Origin: Eledone cirrhosa
Lineage: Eukaryota
Length of the DNA: 64,000 nt
Assembly: GCA_964016885.1 (NCBI GenBank)
Contig: CAXHJY010000011.1
Span: 1-64,000, forward strand
Direction of reading: 5' to 3'
Made by a program: the position numbers and the translations under genes. Shown here piece after piece: positions 20,486 to 35,258 of the stretch. The notes under the pieces are model-generated. The model did not search any database, had not been told where the DNA came from, and saw only the letters and a list, made by a program, of their open reading frames with translations. Within the stretch, counting starts at the first letter, position 1. Each line of letters opens with the position of its first letter.

Positions 20486-20768
20486 CATAATTTAAATGAC
20501 CGTTACTTAGATGTACTAATTATATTACTCTACATATATGTATGGAAGTATATAATAATTACATTATTATTATTATCATTGTTGTTGTTAATTATATCTC
20601 CTCCTCCTCCTCCTCCTCTTCCCCCTCCTTCCCCAGTCTGAACCCATTGTTATCAACACTCCCAATATTTAGACAACAGTCTTAACAAAGGACATTCTTG
20701 AGAAGGTCTCTTACAATAAAATATATTAAATATACTGAATAACTGTATATTAGTGTGTATATATATAT

Positions 20769-20836
<68 letters not shown>

Positions 20837-21004
20837 ATGTAAATAGATATATGCATTTATTTATGAATGTATGTTTATGTATGCCTATGTATGTGAGATC
20901 GGTGTTGAGCTCTGTTACCAATATGTAACGCAGTAAGACGTTTTAAGTTTTGTACCATCAGCAACTTAACCGGCGACCTCACAAAACCTAGTTAATAAGG
21001 AGGG

Positions 21005-22945
21005 TTACTTCTGTGACAGGAGTTCCACTGAATCAGGGAGACAAGTTCAAGTATCTCGAGGCCGTGTTTACGCATGATGGAAGGCAGGAGGCTTGAATTA
21101 AGTGCAAGAATTGTAGGGGCTTGTGCAGTAAATCGCCAGCATCAGCATTCGGTCACCAAAATAAGGAAGGATGGTGTCAAACGTATTCGAGCCAACCCTC
21201 ACCTATGGTCATTAATCTTGGGTAATGACCGAAAGAATATGATGGCGAATACAACCAGCCGAAATAGGGTTCCTCAGAGGAGTCTTTGCAGTAATATTCC
21301 TCAATAGAGTGTGAAACTGAGAGATTAGAGAGTCCCTCAGTGTAGAGAGGCTACTTTTCTAAATTAAGCACGGGTGATCACTGCTCGGATACTATGGGCA
21401 TGCGGTTAGAATGGCTCAGGAAAGATCTCTGAATTGAGAGACCACAGCTCTGATACTACAGACATGTGGTTAGAATGTCTCAGGAAAGAACCTCTGAATT
21501 GAGAGACCACAGCTCTGATAATACAGACATGTGGTTAGAATGTCTCAGTAAAGATTCTCTGAATTGAGAGACCACAGCTCTGATACTACAGACATGTGGT
21601 TAGAATGTCTCGGGAAAGAATCTCTGAATTGAGAGACCACAGCTCTGATACTACAGACATGTGGTTGGAATGTCTCAGGAAAGAATCTCTGAATTGAGAG
21701 ACCACAGCTCTGATACTACAGACATGTGGTTAGAATGTCTCGGGAAAGAATCTCTGAATTGAGAGACCACAGCTCTGATACTACAGACATGTGGTTAGAA
21801 TGTCTCAGGAAAGAATCTCTGGATTGAGAGATCACAGCTCTGATACTACAGACATGTGGTTGGAATGTCTCAGGAAAGAATCTCTGGATTGAGAGATCAC
21901 AGCTCTGATACTACAGACATGTGGTTAGAATGTCTCAGGAAAGAATCTCTGGATTGAGAGACCACAGCTCTGATACTACAGACATGTGGTTAGAATGTCT
22001 CGGGAAAGAATCTCTGAATTGAGAGACCACAGCTCTGATACTACAGACATGTGGTTAGAATGTCTCAGGAAAGAATCTCTGAATTGAGAGACCACAGCTC
22101 TGATACTACAGACATGTGGTTAGAATGTCTCAGGAAAGAATCTCTGGATTGAGAGATCACAGCTCTGATACTACAGACATGTGGTTAGAATGTCTCAGGA
22201 AAGAATCTCTGAATTGAGAGACCACAGCTCTGATACTACAGACATGTGGTTAGAATGTCTCGGGAAAGAATCTCTGAATTGAGAGACCACAGCTCTGATA
22301 CTACAGACATGTGGTTAGAATGTCTCAGGAAAGAATCTCTGAATTGAGAGATCACAGCTCTGATACTACAGACATGTGGTTAGAATGTCTCGGGAAAGAA
22401 TCTCTGAATTGAGAGACCACAGCTCTGATACTACAGACATGTGGTTAGAATGTCTCAGGAAAGAATCTCTGAATTGAGAGACCACAGCTCTGATACTACA
22501 GACATGTGGTTAGAATGTCTCGGGAAAGAATCTCTGAATTGAGAGACCACAGCTCTGATACTACAGACATGTGGTTAGAATGTCTCAGGAAAGAATCTCT
22601 GAATTGAGAGACCACAGCTCTGATACTACAGACATGTGGTTGGAATGTCTCAGGAAAGAATCTCTGAATTGAGAGATCACAGCTCTGATACTACAGACAT
22701 GTGGTTGGAATGTCTCAGAAAAGAATCACTGGACAAATTGACGGGCAAAATCAACATGCAAGACACCCAGAGGTAGACCCCCGAGCAAGATGGTTGGATA
22801 ACATTCATAATCTTGGTTAATTTCCCTTGAAGTTCCTGTTGGATCAGTTGGAAACGGTTGCTTCTGACAAGACCCACTGGAAGATGTGCTTGAGGATTCT
22901 TCCCCCAACGACCCTCCCAGGAATATGTAGGAGAAGAAGTAGAAA
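21005..22945 (+). mobile_element. Decayed RTE-clade LINE 3' fragment hosting a 65-bp array
   Basis: Frameshifted motifs DKFKYL.AVFTHDG, YYGHAVRMAQE, PRGRP..RWLDNI; purine-rich 3' tail. Confidence 0.8.
21420..22732 (+). repeat. 65-bp tandem array, about 20 copies
   Basis: Unit GAATTGAGAGACCACAGCTCTGATACTACAGACATGTGGTTAGAATGTCTCAGGAAAGAATCTCT recurring at 21431, 21496, 21561...22666. Confidence 0.97.
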
Positions 22946-23184
22946 GAAGAAGGGGTTATTTGGGGACATCTTGCCCGATGAAAACCAAAACTGGGTAAGG
23001 GGCCTGGAAACTGGTGGGACTAAAGCCTTTCAATAAAATCAGTCATAAGTCCCCTGAAACACGCCATATCAGTGGTAGTGGTAGCACTGCGTTATCGTGG
23101 TAATCTTTTCTCTGATTGTGTTCATGCTAAACACTTGTTCTTAAACACATGTTAGATAATAGTTAAGCCCCTAATATAGCAATT

Positions 23185-23325
23185 ATCCCGCTGAGGATAA
23201 CTTTGCCTTTCATCCTTACGTGGGTCGATAAAATAAAGTACCAGTAATGTACTGAGGTCGATTTAATCGACTTTCCCCTTCTCCCCCAAATTACTGGCCT
23301 TGTTCCTATATAAGAAACCATTATT
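23185..23325 (+). mobile_element. SINE family 1, 5'-truncated
   Basis: Conserved core and 3' end. Confidence 0.8.
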
Positions 23326-23360
23326 AAACAGTAACAGTGGTAGTAGTGGTGGTGGTGGTG

Positions 23361-23395
<35 letters not shown>

Positions 23396-23518
23396 GTATT
23401 ATCGAAGTAATCTGTTCTCAGTGTTAAAGCTAAACATGTGTTTAAGAACACGTATTAGACAATAGGTAAGCCTCTAAGAAAACAATGATTATCATTAAAC
23501 AGTAGTAGCAGTAGTAGC

Positions 23519-23549
<31 letters not shown>

Positions 23550-24149
23550 ATAGCAGTAGTACTGTACTATCAAGCTAATCTGTTCTGTGATTGTGTTCAT
23601 GCTAAACGCTTGTTGTTAAACACGATGCTGTGCTATTATCTGCAAAGACCAACATTGTTTGTCAGCCCTGGCACGTGGCCATACACATTGTCATGGATTT
23701 GTAAGATCGATTTAATCAAACCCTGTACTAGAACGGTAATTATTTTATCGATCCCTGAGGGAAGGAAAAGCAAAGCTAAGCAAAATGGAACCCGGAGGGA
23801 TTTCAGTACAAGAATGTAAAATAGAAGCAATTAAGCATGAAAAACATTTAGTCCGTACAACGCCATCATTTTCTGCCCTCAGTTGCCCTTCCTGGCCAAG
23901 ATATTAGCTTGCCAAACACCCAACTGTTTTTGTCATTAACTACCATTACTCTCGGGTCCAAAATAATAGGGAGGGGTTGGAATAAGTGTGTCGGGGTTGG
24001 ACATTTGCTTAAATTCTTTTAAGTGGGGTGTGAGGGAAGAATCGGTAATTATACAATATAAGTTTGTAAATATGGGATTTCTTGTAATGTTCTTTTTTTG
24101 TCACATAAAAGGTTTTTTTGTTTCTTGTTAAATGTAAAATGAAATTATT

Positions 24150-24325
24150 TCGGTAAAGGGTCGGACGCTATGCTTTGCAGCATAGAGTTACGACCCTTTA
24201 CGGTCTGAGTTCAAATTCCACCGAGGTTAACTTTGCCCTTCATCCTTACGGGGTCGATGAAATAAAGTACCAGTAATACACTCAGATAATTGCTGGCCTT
24301 GTGCCAAAGGTAGAACCAATTATTA
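24150..24325 (+). mobile_element. SINE family 1
   Basis: GGGTCGGACGC head, GAGTTCAAAT B-box-like motif, conserved core. Confidence 0.85.
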
Positions 24326-24629
24326 GATTTTCCAGCTGCTGTGTCAATATGAATCGCTTACAATAAAATTTCGCGGGAGATAGATTTGTAAAATTAAATA
24401 AACGGGGCGGGGGGGGGGGGTAAAGCGAAGGGGGATGTGTGGAAAAAATCTGAAAAATTAATAAGCGTTGGGAGGACGATTATTAAAGATTTGGGAGTAA
24501 TTACGAAACACGCGTAGCCCGTGCATTTCTTTTTACATCATTTGCTACCAATACCTACCCTCTCCTGACCAACACCTTCAGTTTGTACGAAACCCGACTG
24601 GTTTTTGGCATGAACTAACATTTTCTAAA

Positions 24630-24812
24630 TGAAGGCACATGGCTTAGATGTTAGAGCATTGGGCTTGCAATCGTGAGGTTGTGAGTTCGAATCTCGGACC
24701 GGGTGATGTGTTGCTTCCTTGAGCAAGACACTTTATTTCACGTTGCTCCAGTTTACTCAGTTGTAGAAATGAGTTGTGACGTCACTGGTGTCGAGCTGTA
24801 TCAGCCATTGCT
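24630..24812 (+). mobile_element. SINE family 2 (tRNA-like head plus CORE/V-like CCTTGAGCAAGACACTT domain)
   Basis: A-box TGGCTTAGATG, B-box GAGTTCGAATCT; homologues at 51774-51897 (+), 28065-28208 (-) and 28345-28478 (-). Confidence 0.85.
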
Positions 24813-24833
24813 TGCATCATCATATGTAGTTTA

Positions 24834-25486
24834 GTATGTAGTGTATATAAGGTGTATGTAGTGTATATAAGGTGTATGTAGTGTATATAAAGTGTATGTA
24901 GTGTATATAAGGTGTATGTAGTGTATATAAGGTGTATGTAGTGTATATAAGGTGTATGTAGTGTATATAAGGTGTATGTAGTGTATATAAGGTGTATGTA
25001 GTGTATATAAGGTGTATGTAGTGTATATAAGGTGTATGTAGTGTATATAAGGAATATGTAGTGTATATAAGGAATATGTAGTGTATATAAGGAATATGTA
25101 GTGTATATAAGGAATATGTAGTGTATATAAGGAATATGTAGTGTATATAAGGTATATGTAGTGTATATAAGGTGTATGTAGTGTATATAAGGTATATGTA
25201 GTGTATATAAGGTGTATGTAGTGTATATAAGGTATATGTAGTGTATATAAGGTGTATGTAGTGTATATAAGGTATATGTAGTGTATATAAGGTATATGTA
25301 GTGTATATAAGGTGTATGTAGTATATAAGGTGTATGCAGTGTATATAAGGTGTATGCAGTGTATATAAGGTGTATGCAGTGTATATAAGGTGTATGCAGT
25401 GTATATAAGGTGTATGTAGTGTATATAAGGTGTATGTAGTGTATATAAGGTGTATGTAGTGTATATAAGGTGTATGTAGTGTATAT
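24834..25486. repeat. 20-bp minisatellite (GTGTATATAAGGTGTATGTA), about 32 copies
   Basis: Seen directly; blocks of GGAA and GCAG variants. Confidence 0.97.
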
Positions 25487-25704
25487 ACAGTAAATCTATA
25501 ATATATATATATATTGTGATGTCACTGGTGATGTCACAAGTGTATCGGCCACAGCCTCTCCCTTGGACATCATCAGTGGCATGGAGAAGAGAGACTGGTA
25601 TACATGTTAAGTCTTTAATAAAGATGCTTCATTTCAAGTTAAAAGTAAGGAAGCTATAGGAAATAACTTTGTAGGACGCAATCATGAGCTGTATTGATAA
25701 CATT

Positions 25705-25892
25705 ATGGATTGGCAGTATAGGTAGAGGGTCGGACGCCATGCTTTGCAGCAAAGAGTTACGGCCCTTTATGGTCTGAGTTCAAATCCCGCCGAGGTTAAC
25801 TTTGCCTTTCATCCTTACGGAGTCGATAAAATAAAGTACCAGTAATGTACTGGGATAATTGCTGGCCTTGTGCCAAAAGTAGAAATAATTAT
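25705..25892 (+). mobile_element. SINE family 1, near full length
   Basis: GGATTGGCAG head, GAGTTCAAATCC, core, GGCCTTGTGCC tail. Confidence 0.88.
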
Positions 25893-25947
25893 ATGACTAG
25901 GGCTTTTATAATTGAAACACCCGAGAAACCAGCTATCATGAAGTATA

Positions 25948-26046
25948 CAGGGTGTCCCAAAAAGTGTAAACACGTTTGATTACCTGTACAGGCAATATTT
26001 ATTAGAATGCTGTTGAAGTGTGTACGTAATTTTTGGCGACACCCTG
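25948..26046. mobile_element. Tc1/mariner-type MITE
   Basis: TIRs CAGGGTGTCCCAAAAA / TTTTTGGCGACACCCTG flanked by TA on both sides. Confidence 0.8.
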
Positions 26047-26402
26047 TAGTCCAATGTCCCTTCTATTTATCATGATATATAACCGAATGTCCCTTCTTTA
26101 TCATGAAATATATGCTAATGTCCCTTCTTTTAATCATAAGATTGATTTATTCGTCCTAAGGCCTTACCGATACTGCCTCATCTTTCTGTCGGGTCCACTA
26201 AACACTGAAGGGTTTCTGCTATCAATTCCTATCCCCCTGGCCCTAAAATACTCCGTGCGTGCCCCACCTTGTTCAGGGTGTTCTCTATGTTCCACTTGAG
26301 GCTGTCCATCAACAGATTTCTGGCCTTGTGCTAACTAAACTGGAAACTATTCTTGGTAGAAAATATCCAAACAACACATGATACTGCCATTAATAATAAA
26401 GT

Positions 26403-26530
26403 TGTTTCTACTGTTGGCACAAGACCAGCAATTATACCAGCGTATTACTGGTACTTTATTTTATCGACCCCATAAGGATGAAAGGCAAAGTTAACCTCGG
26501 CCGGATTTGAACTCAGACCATAAAGGGCGT
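26403..26530 (-). mobile_element. SINE family 1
   Basis: Reverse-complement core and B-box-like motif. Confidence 0.82.
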
Positions 26531-26878
26531 CACCCATTAATAATATAATGTAATAAAGCTGTATTACTTTATCACAACTACTACCAGCACCACTCCTACT
26601 ACTACCGTTAATGATATAAAGCAATAAACCGGTATAACTTTCAGTCACAAGTACCACTACAATTACTACTAACACCATTAATACCACTACTACTACTACC
26701 ACCACCACCACCACTACTACTACTACTACTACTGTTACTGTTACAAAGGGGAGAGGGTGGTCGTAATATTGATAAAAACAAAATTTTCATAAAAAGAAGC
26801 CAAATTTTTATGAGACGACTTCAAAAATATTGAGTAACATTACCATAAATTTGTGTCTGTAAGTATATAAAATATATA

Positions 26879-26927
<49 letters not shown>

Positions 26928-27230
26928 GTATGTGTGTGTGTACACATACATACAAACATGTATGTATATATATATACATATATATATATATTCATGCATA
27001 GATATATTTATGTGCGTGTGTACCATATATAACATATTATATAAATCTAATTTAAACATTATTTGAATATATATATACTCAAACAATATTTAAATATATG
27101 CTTAGATAGGTAGATATATATATATAGCACATTATATATTATATATATTATATGTGTATACATTTGTATATATCAGTAATCCTTCACCTGGCATTCTTTT
27201 AAACTATTTCTAATTTCTCAAATCATTATG

Positions 27231-27267
<37 letters not shown>

Positions 27268-27417
27268 CATACAGATATATGCATATAGATAGATAGATAT
27301 ATACATATATATGCATATATAATGTGTATGTGTTTGTGTGTGCTCGCGTACATATGCATGTATATATTTATATACACAAATATTACAAACACATATACTC
27401 ACACATATGTATATATA

Positions 27418-27498
<81 letters not shown>

Positions 27499-27622
27499 CT
27501 ATTGAATTATCGATCTATTGATCTCTCAAAATATCTATCGGTGTGGTCATTTGTTTGGTTATTTCTTTCATCGCCTAATTTATGTACACACACACGTGTG
27601 TGTACATATATATATATGTATG

Positions 27623-27675
<53 letters not shown>

Positions 27676-27956
27676 TTATGCATATGTAAAGATATTTCTA
27701 TAATCTCGCACCGGGTGTATAATATTTAGTCGGAATATTAACATATGACTAATAACATTATTAATAATAATAACGATAGCAGTAGTAGTAGTGGTAGTGG
27801 TGGTGGTGGTGGTGGTAGTAGTGGTAATCGTTGTTTTGTTAATTGTTTGTTTTGCTCTTTTGGCGGGGTTTTGTTGTTTGTTTAAAATAATCCATATGAT
27901 GTGTAGATTTTCGCAGGCTGCAATAACCCAATAGATAGATGGATTGATAGATAGAC

Positions 27957-28003
<47 letters not shown>

Positions 28004-28009
28004 CAAACA

Positions 28010-28478
28010 TCTCGTTGGAGGTGTCTTGGGTGATTTAATGATAGGGACCCCAGTCCCTATCATCTCATTTCTACACCTAAGTAAACTGGAGCAATGTGAA
28101 ATAAAGTTTCTTGCTCAAGGAAACAACACATCACCCGGTCCGAGAATTGAACTCACAGCCTTTCGATTTCAAGCCCAATGCTCTAACCACTAAGCCATGT
28201 GCCTTCACGAGGAACTCGTCATTTATTTTTATGTAGTGGGATGAAAGATTAAAGTGTGTGACAGCTCAGGTTAGCTGGCCTCCAAGGTATATCTTGCTGG
28301 AGGTGTATTGGGTGATTTAATGATAGGGACCCAAGTCCTATCATCTCATTTCTACAGCCGAGTAAACTGGAGCAACGTGTCTTGTTCAAGGAAACAACAC
28401 ATCCCCCGGTCCGAAAATTGAACACACAACCTTTCGATTGCAAGCCCAATGCTCTGACCTCTAAGCCATGCGCCTGCA
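28010..28478 (-). mobile_element. Two tandem SINE family 2 copies with extended tail
   Basis: Reverse complements of the 24630 head/core; both followed by GACT(G/T)GGGTCCCTATCATTAAATCACCCAA. Confidence 0.8.
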
Positions 28479-29626
28479 CAAAAGGTCACAGAAGACGGCA
28501 CAACTTCAGTACTTTAATATCTTGTTGCCTGAAATGGAATGCAAAGTTGATTTCAATAGGATCGAACTCGCAGTGCAGATATCCGGGGGAAATACTGACG
28601 TTCTTAACGATATTTGGCCAAGATTCCCCCACTGGAGTATTGAACTCTAACGTCATCGATTAATATTGTATTGATTGGTTTATTGACTGGTGTCTAAAGG
28701 ACATCTTAATGGTATTATAGATAATAACTAATTGATACATACACACATACACACACATATATATATGTATATATGTATGTACATATATATATATATTATA
28801 TATATATATATATATGTACATATATATATATATATTATATATATATGTACATATATATATATATTATATATATATATATTATATATATATATATATGTAC
28901 ATATATATATATATATTATATATATATGTATATATATTATATATATATGTATATATATTATATATATATGTATATATATATATATATATGTGTATATATA
29001 CATATGTGTATATATATATTTATATGTATATACATATGCATATATGTATATATATGTATATATACATATACATGTATATATACGCATATATATGTGTATA
29101 TAAATAAATATGTACGTACATATATGTATATATACATATATTTGTATATATACGCATATATATGTATATATACATATATATGTATGTACATATATGTAAA
29201 TATGTGTATATGTATGTATACATATATATATATGTATATATATGTATATACAAATATATGCGTATATAAATATACACAGAGTTCATGTATATATATATCT
29301 ATATATATATATATATATATATAAATATATATATATCGGTGACCTATGACCCTGTTTCGTTAACGATCTTTGACGACGTGTGTCATGGATGGTCTGTCAT
29401 TGATGTCTTCTTATAACCACGTTTCAGTGATGACGATCGACGAGTCAATGTGCCTGATCAATATGTGGCCAATCACAGATCAAGAGAAGATAATTGAATA
29501 CGTAATCGATACTGTTTTATTGTTTGTTTTATTTTTTGTTTGTTTGTTCTTCTTGCTGTTCTTGTTGTCGTTGAAATGAAAAAGACATATACAGGAAGAA
29601 TCGACCCCAGTACTAGAATGGTACTT

Positions 29627-29674
<48 letters not shown>

Positions 29675-29719
29675 TGGAGAGATAAAGTGAGAGAGAGAAA
29701 ATGAGAAAGAGATATAGAG

Positions 29720-29875
29720 GAAGAATCGATCTCAGTACTTGACTGGTACTTTATTTTATCGACCTCGAAAGGATGAAAGGCAAAGTTGACCTCGGCAGGA
29801 TTTCAATTCAGAACTCAGTGAGACGGATCAAACTTAGCATAACACTCTGATGTTCCACTGACTCTGCCAATTCAC
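29720..29875 (-). mobile_element. SINE family 1, older copy
   Basis: CTGGTACTTTATTTTATCGACCTCGAAAGGATGAAAGGCAAAG. Confidence 0.8.
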
Positions 29876-30389
29876 TGTATATATACTTAAGTGTATTAAC
29901 AACTAAATATCAAGATAGCTCTTCCTGTAATACTTGCTACTTAGCATGGTTCAGCAGTAGTAGAAAAACCGTTGAGATTTGACGCAGATTACTCGTTCAA
30001 CTTTACGTAGTAGATTCGCTTGAGACTTCATCCACTTCAACTTGCCAACGTAGACGTTCTCGGCAGATAGAGAAACATTGCTTGATCCTAGGAGGTGCTG
30101 AGTTTAATGTATCATGTGGGATTTAGGAATAGCAAGATGAACAGGAATAATGTGACGACAAACTGTATTTGTTGTTGCATATGTTGTTGAACAAAGATTT
30201 GATGGAATTTATTGACAAGTTCTGGTGTGACATGGATGGTGGAGCATGCATAAAAAGATGGGGAAAGTTGATTATATCAGATGGAAGCATGGCTGTGTGG
30301 TTAAAAGGTTCGATTCATCCTTTAATTAGTCGTTCAATACAATACCTTTAATGAAGTATAGACGATCTGTCCACATATCTATATATTTC

Positions 30390-30390
<1 letters not shown>

Positions 30391-30432
<42 letters not shown>

Positions 30433-30451
30433 GTATATATATATGTATATG

Positions 30452-30482
<31 letters not shown>

Positions 30483-30516
30483 GTATATATATGTATATAT
30501 ATATGTATATATATAT

Positions 30517-30564
<48 letters not shown>

Positions 30565-30607
30565 GTATATATATATGTATATATATATGTATATATATAT
30601 GTATATA

Positions 30608-30644
<37 letters not shown>

Positions 30645-30645
30645 G

Positions 30646-30678
<33 letters not shown>

Positions 30679-30979
30679 GTATATATATATGTATATATAT
30701 ATGTATATATATATGTATATATATATGTATATATATATGTATATATATATGTATATATATATGTATATATATATGTATATATATATGTATATATATATGT
30801 ATATATATATGTATATATATATGTATATATATATGTATATATATATGTATATATATATGTATATATATATGTATATATATATGTATATATATATGTATAT
30901 ATATATGTATATATATATGTATATGTATATGTATATATGTATATGTATATATGTATATATATATATGTATATGTATATG

Positions 30980-31066
<87 letters not shown>

Positions 31067-31113
31067 GTATATATATATATGTATATATATGTATATATAT
31101 ATGTATATATATG

Positions 31114-31195
<82 letters not shown>

Positions 31196-31535
31196 TGTAT
31201 GTATATATATATATATATATGTATGTATATATATATATATATATATGTATGTATATATATATATATATATATGTATGTATATATATATATATATATGTAT
31301 GTATATATATATATATATATATGTATGTATATATATATATATATATGTATGTATATATATATATATATATGTATGTATATATATATATATATATGTATGT
31401 ATATATATATGTATATATATATATGTATATATATATGTATATATATATATGTATATATATGTATATATATATGTATATGTATATATATGTATATATATAT
31501 GTATATATATATATATGTATATATATATGTATATA

Positions 31536-31582
<47 letters not shown>

Positions 31583-31600
31583 GTATATATATATGTATGT

Positions 31601-31648
<48 letters not shown>

Positions 31649-31652
31649 ATAT

Positions 31653-31710
<58 letters not shown>
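30391..31710. repeat. (TA)n with TG interruptions, long 8-bp (TATATATG) run
   Basis: Seen directly. Confidence 0.95.
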
Positions 31711-31896
31711 CTACCAAAATATACGGTAGTGTCCAATCCGTAAGAAGAACTCAATGTAATCCAAATGTAAAAGATATCAAGAAGAGGTATTCAAAAATTA
31801 ATGATAGAAATCATAGGAAAACAAGATAAATTAATAAAAACAATGAAATAAACACAAAGAACAAGTTCCTTATATTAAAAAATCTATGTATATCAG

Positions 31897-31938
31897 TTCC
31901 TTCGAATGAAACAGTTCTAGTCCTGTAGAAGCCATTTA
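31897..31938 (+). mobile_element. Family A fragment, hammerhead 3' half
   Basis: TTCCTTCGAAT-GAAACAG-TTCTAGTC-CTGTA-GAAGCC. Confidence 0.7.
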
Positions 31939-32312
31939 TATATATATATACATACACATGAGTCGATTAATATATATATGTCTGCATGTATGTATAGATA
32001 GATTGGTAGGTGGTGGTGTGATTACTGCACAGCTGTGTGTGAAATTGTAGCTTTATCCCTACATGTAAACTACGATTACATCAATTAAACATGAATGTAA
32101 TGTGTATGTCAATGATGAACAGCATTCATCCCGGGTATATAATGAATAACACCATCCCCGGGTATATAATATACACCACCCTCCCCGGGTATATAATATA
32201 CACCACCCACCCCTGCAATTTTGTTAATTACACGAGTGAGCGTTGCAATCTGATCTTAATCCTTTACATACTTTCTGAATAATTGTATATATATATATAC
32301 ATGCATCAATAT

Positions 32313-32358
<46 letters not shown>

Positions 32359-32490
32359 GTGTATATATATATACATGTATGTGTGTATATATATATATTT
32401 GTGTGTGTATATATATATGTATCTGTGTGTGTGTGTATATATATATTTTACACATATACATATATACACACATATACACATATATATATC

Positions 32491-32541
32491 AGGATTTCCT
32501 GATGATTTCCTTCGAATGAAACAGTTCTAGTCCTGTAGCAA

Positions 32542-32546
<5 letters not shown>
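32491..32546 (+). ncRNA. Hammerhead ribozyme motif, family A
   Basis: CTGATGA (32499), T-TTC cttc GAA-T, GAAA, ACAG/CTGT stem III, GUA; stem I weakened; embedded in (TA)n. Confidence 0.7.
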
Positions 32547-32605
<59 letters not shown>

Positions 32606-33287
32606 ATAATAATAAATTTGAAGACTAAAATCCAAAGAGGGCTCGATAAGGATAAATATATATCAAATATATATATATATATTGGCGGTGGCATTGGTAG
32701 TGGTGGTCATATATGTGATGATGGTAGTGGTGATGGTAGCGGCGGCGGCGGTGGTGGTGGTGGTGGTGGTGGTGGTGGTGGTGGTGGAGGGGTGCTGGAA
32801 GTGTAGCAGTGGATTACATGTGTGAAAGACAAGTGATGACAACCTCCCCCGAGGATTGGCAGACAGACAGACAGACAGTGTGACAGACAGACAGACAGGG
32901 AGAGGGGGGAGGGAGATGAAGTTGGCTATTACGGCCTCCTCCTCCCAACAACTCCCCACCCCCGTGTAGTCATTTAATACAACGTTTACTACAACAACAA
33001 CAGCAACATTAGTATCAAGCCAACATGCCTGAGAGATGGGAAGAACCACTACCTGGTCACATAGTATGTTAGAAATAGCAACCGAAATCCCCTCGCAGAA
33101 CTCGCACCTTGCTGCCTTTAGATAATTATAAACTATATTGGTTCAGTCCTAGATACACTGTTTCTGAGGAAATGGAGTAGTAGAGGGGATATGAAAAGAT
33201 TCATATATATATGGATTTAACTGTCGAAACGGCTGGAGCTCAGCCGTTGGGGTCCTGAATCATATATATATATGTAAATGTTTATAC

Positions 33288-33334
<47 letters not shown>

Positions 33335-33377
33335 ATATTAACAAATGGAAACTATATTTAGAAAACCATATTAAATT

Positions 33378-33436
33378 TCATTATACATATTTCAAGGACA
33401 CCAAAGCAAATTATGGCGCGCTTTCATCAGATAAAA
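33378..33436 (-). ncRNA. Hammerhead ribozyme motif, family D
   Basis: Minus strand TTTTAT-CTGATGA-AAG.GCGCCA..TGGTGT.CTT-GAAATATGTA-TAAT. Confidence 0.7.
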
Positions 33437-33655
33437 TATAATATAGATCAGTTTTATAAACAAATATTGACATACCCTTAAAAGAATGCGACCATGTTTG
33501 TTGGGTGCTTTATATCAGTTTTAAAAATATTTGCTTGTTGTATCCCAACAAATTAAATATAACTTCTACATATATATATATGTATGCATGTATGTATATA
33601 TGTATATGTATATATATATGTAAGTAAATGTATACATATATATATAAGTAAATGT

Positions 33656-33717
<62 letters not shown>

Positions 33718-33800
33718 GTTTATTATAGATATATAGGTATTATATAAACTTGTCTGAATCCTTATACAAATAATAATAATATCAATATATATTATACATA

Positions 33801-33878
<78 letters not shown>

Positions 33879-34244
33879 CATATGATTGAGTGCATGTGAA
33901 GAAGGCGAACCATTTTTTAAGGTTACGCTAGAGTTGATTCAATTGAACTCAATAGATTATTTAAACATAACTTTGTCGAAACTGGAAGATGGAGGGTCTA
34001 AGTTGACCTCTCCTGGGGATCGAACCCCAGCACTAGACAGTGGAAATTAATTACTCTACTACCAACATAGGCATGATAATATTGTGTTGTTTCATACAGC
34101 CACAATAAACGCATTTATGAATATATTCATGTATATATACTCACATGTCCATGTGACAGTATATGTGTATATATGAAGATATATGTATATATGGATATAC
34201 GTATGTGTGAGTGTGTGTGAGTGAGTGTATGTAGATTTATATGA

Positions 34245-34277
<33 letters not shown>

Positions 34278-34351
34278 AATATATATAGAGTTATAATATA
34301 TATATATATATATGAACATGTATATGTAATTTTGTGTGAATATATAGATAG

Positions 34352-34393
<42 letters not shown>

Positions 34394-34399
34394 AGCAAA

Positions 34400-34435
<36 letters not shown>

Positions 34436-35042
34436 CTATAGATACACAAACGGCTCTCTTTATCTATATATATAAACGAGAGAGAGAGACAGACATAATC
34501 ACAAATGTATACAATATATACCTGTATGCAAATACCATTGTACAAAACCTGAATGAGCACTCAATACATTTGACCAGTGAATAAGTTTTATTTTCCGGCA
34601 AAAACAAACACAAAGTTCTGTTGAAAAGTTCATATGCTGACCAAGATACTCTCATGGAATGAACACATGAGGTTTATTAATAAAAAGTTGAAATTAATGC
34701 ATGCTAGATCACACAGCTCTAGCATCACTCGTTTATAGTCAGCCTATGACCAAGATACTCTCATGGAAGGAACAAATGAGGTATATTTTTCAACATAGTC
34801 CCTTGAAAGAAACATTGCATTTGTTAAAGTCCCTTGAAAGATATAATGCATTTGTCAATCAAAGAGTTGAAATTAATGCATGCTAGATTTCACAGCTCTA
34901 GCATAACTCATTCATAGTCAACCTAGGAACATTTCAGGCAACACCGTACAAATTCTTCGTTAAGTCGGAAATTCAGGGGCTTGTGTCTTTCCAAGTTGTT
35001 TGAAGCGGTTTACATCTCCCGAACTTCGTTGTCACTACAACC

Positions 35043-35258
35043 TTAACCTTTCAGCACTTACATTACTCTATATTTACTTTTGTATTTTTGTGGAAATGGC
35101 TTTATCTTACATAATATCGAATCTATGAGATTATTATGTTATCTTTCTTGAGAAAAATACCATAACGTCTGTATGAGTGGTCAGTTATGGCCAGTTTGAA
35201 CAGAAACAGGTGAGAGAATTCTGGCCGGATATGGCCAGTTTAAATGCTAAAGGGTTAA
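35043..35258. mobile_element. TTAA-flanked MITE (piggyBac-like ends)
   Basis: TTAACCTTTCAGCA ... TGCTAAAGGGTTAA; homologous partial copy at 40316-40470. Confidence 0.65.

Noticed and set aside
21420-22732. CRISPR-like regular array
   Set aside because: Units are contiguous with no unique spacers, no cas genes are present, and the unit derives from an RTE ORF
21420-22732. In-frame TGA repeats as a selenoprotein
   Set aside because: The 65-bp unit is not a multiple of 3, so frame is not kept; the TGA is best explained by point mutation of an Arg codon
24630-24700. tRNA gene (also 51774 and 40180)
   Set aside because: A/B boxes run into SINE body sequence; no complete cloverleaf
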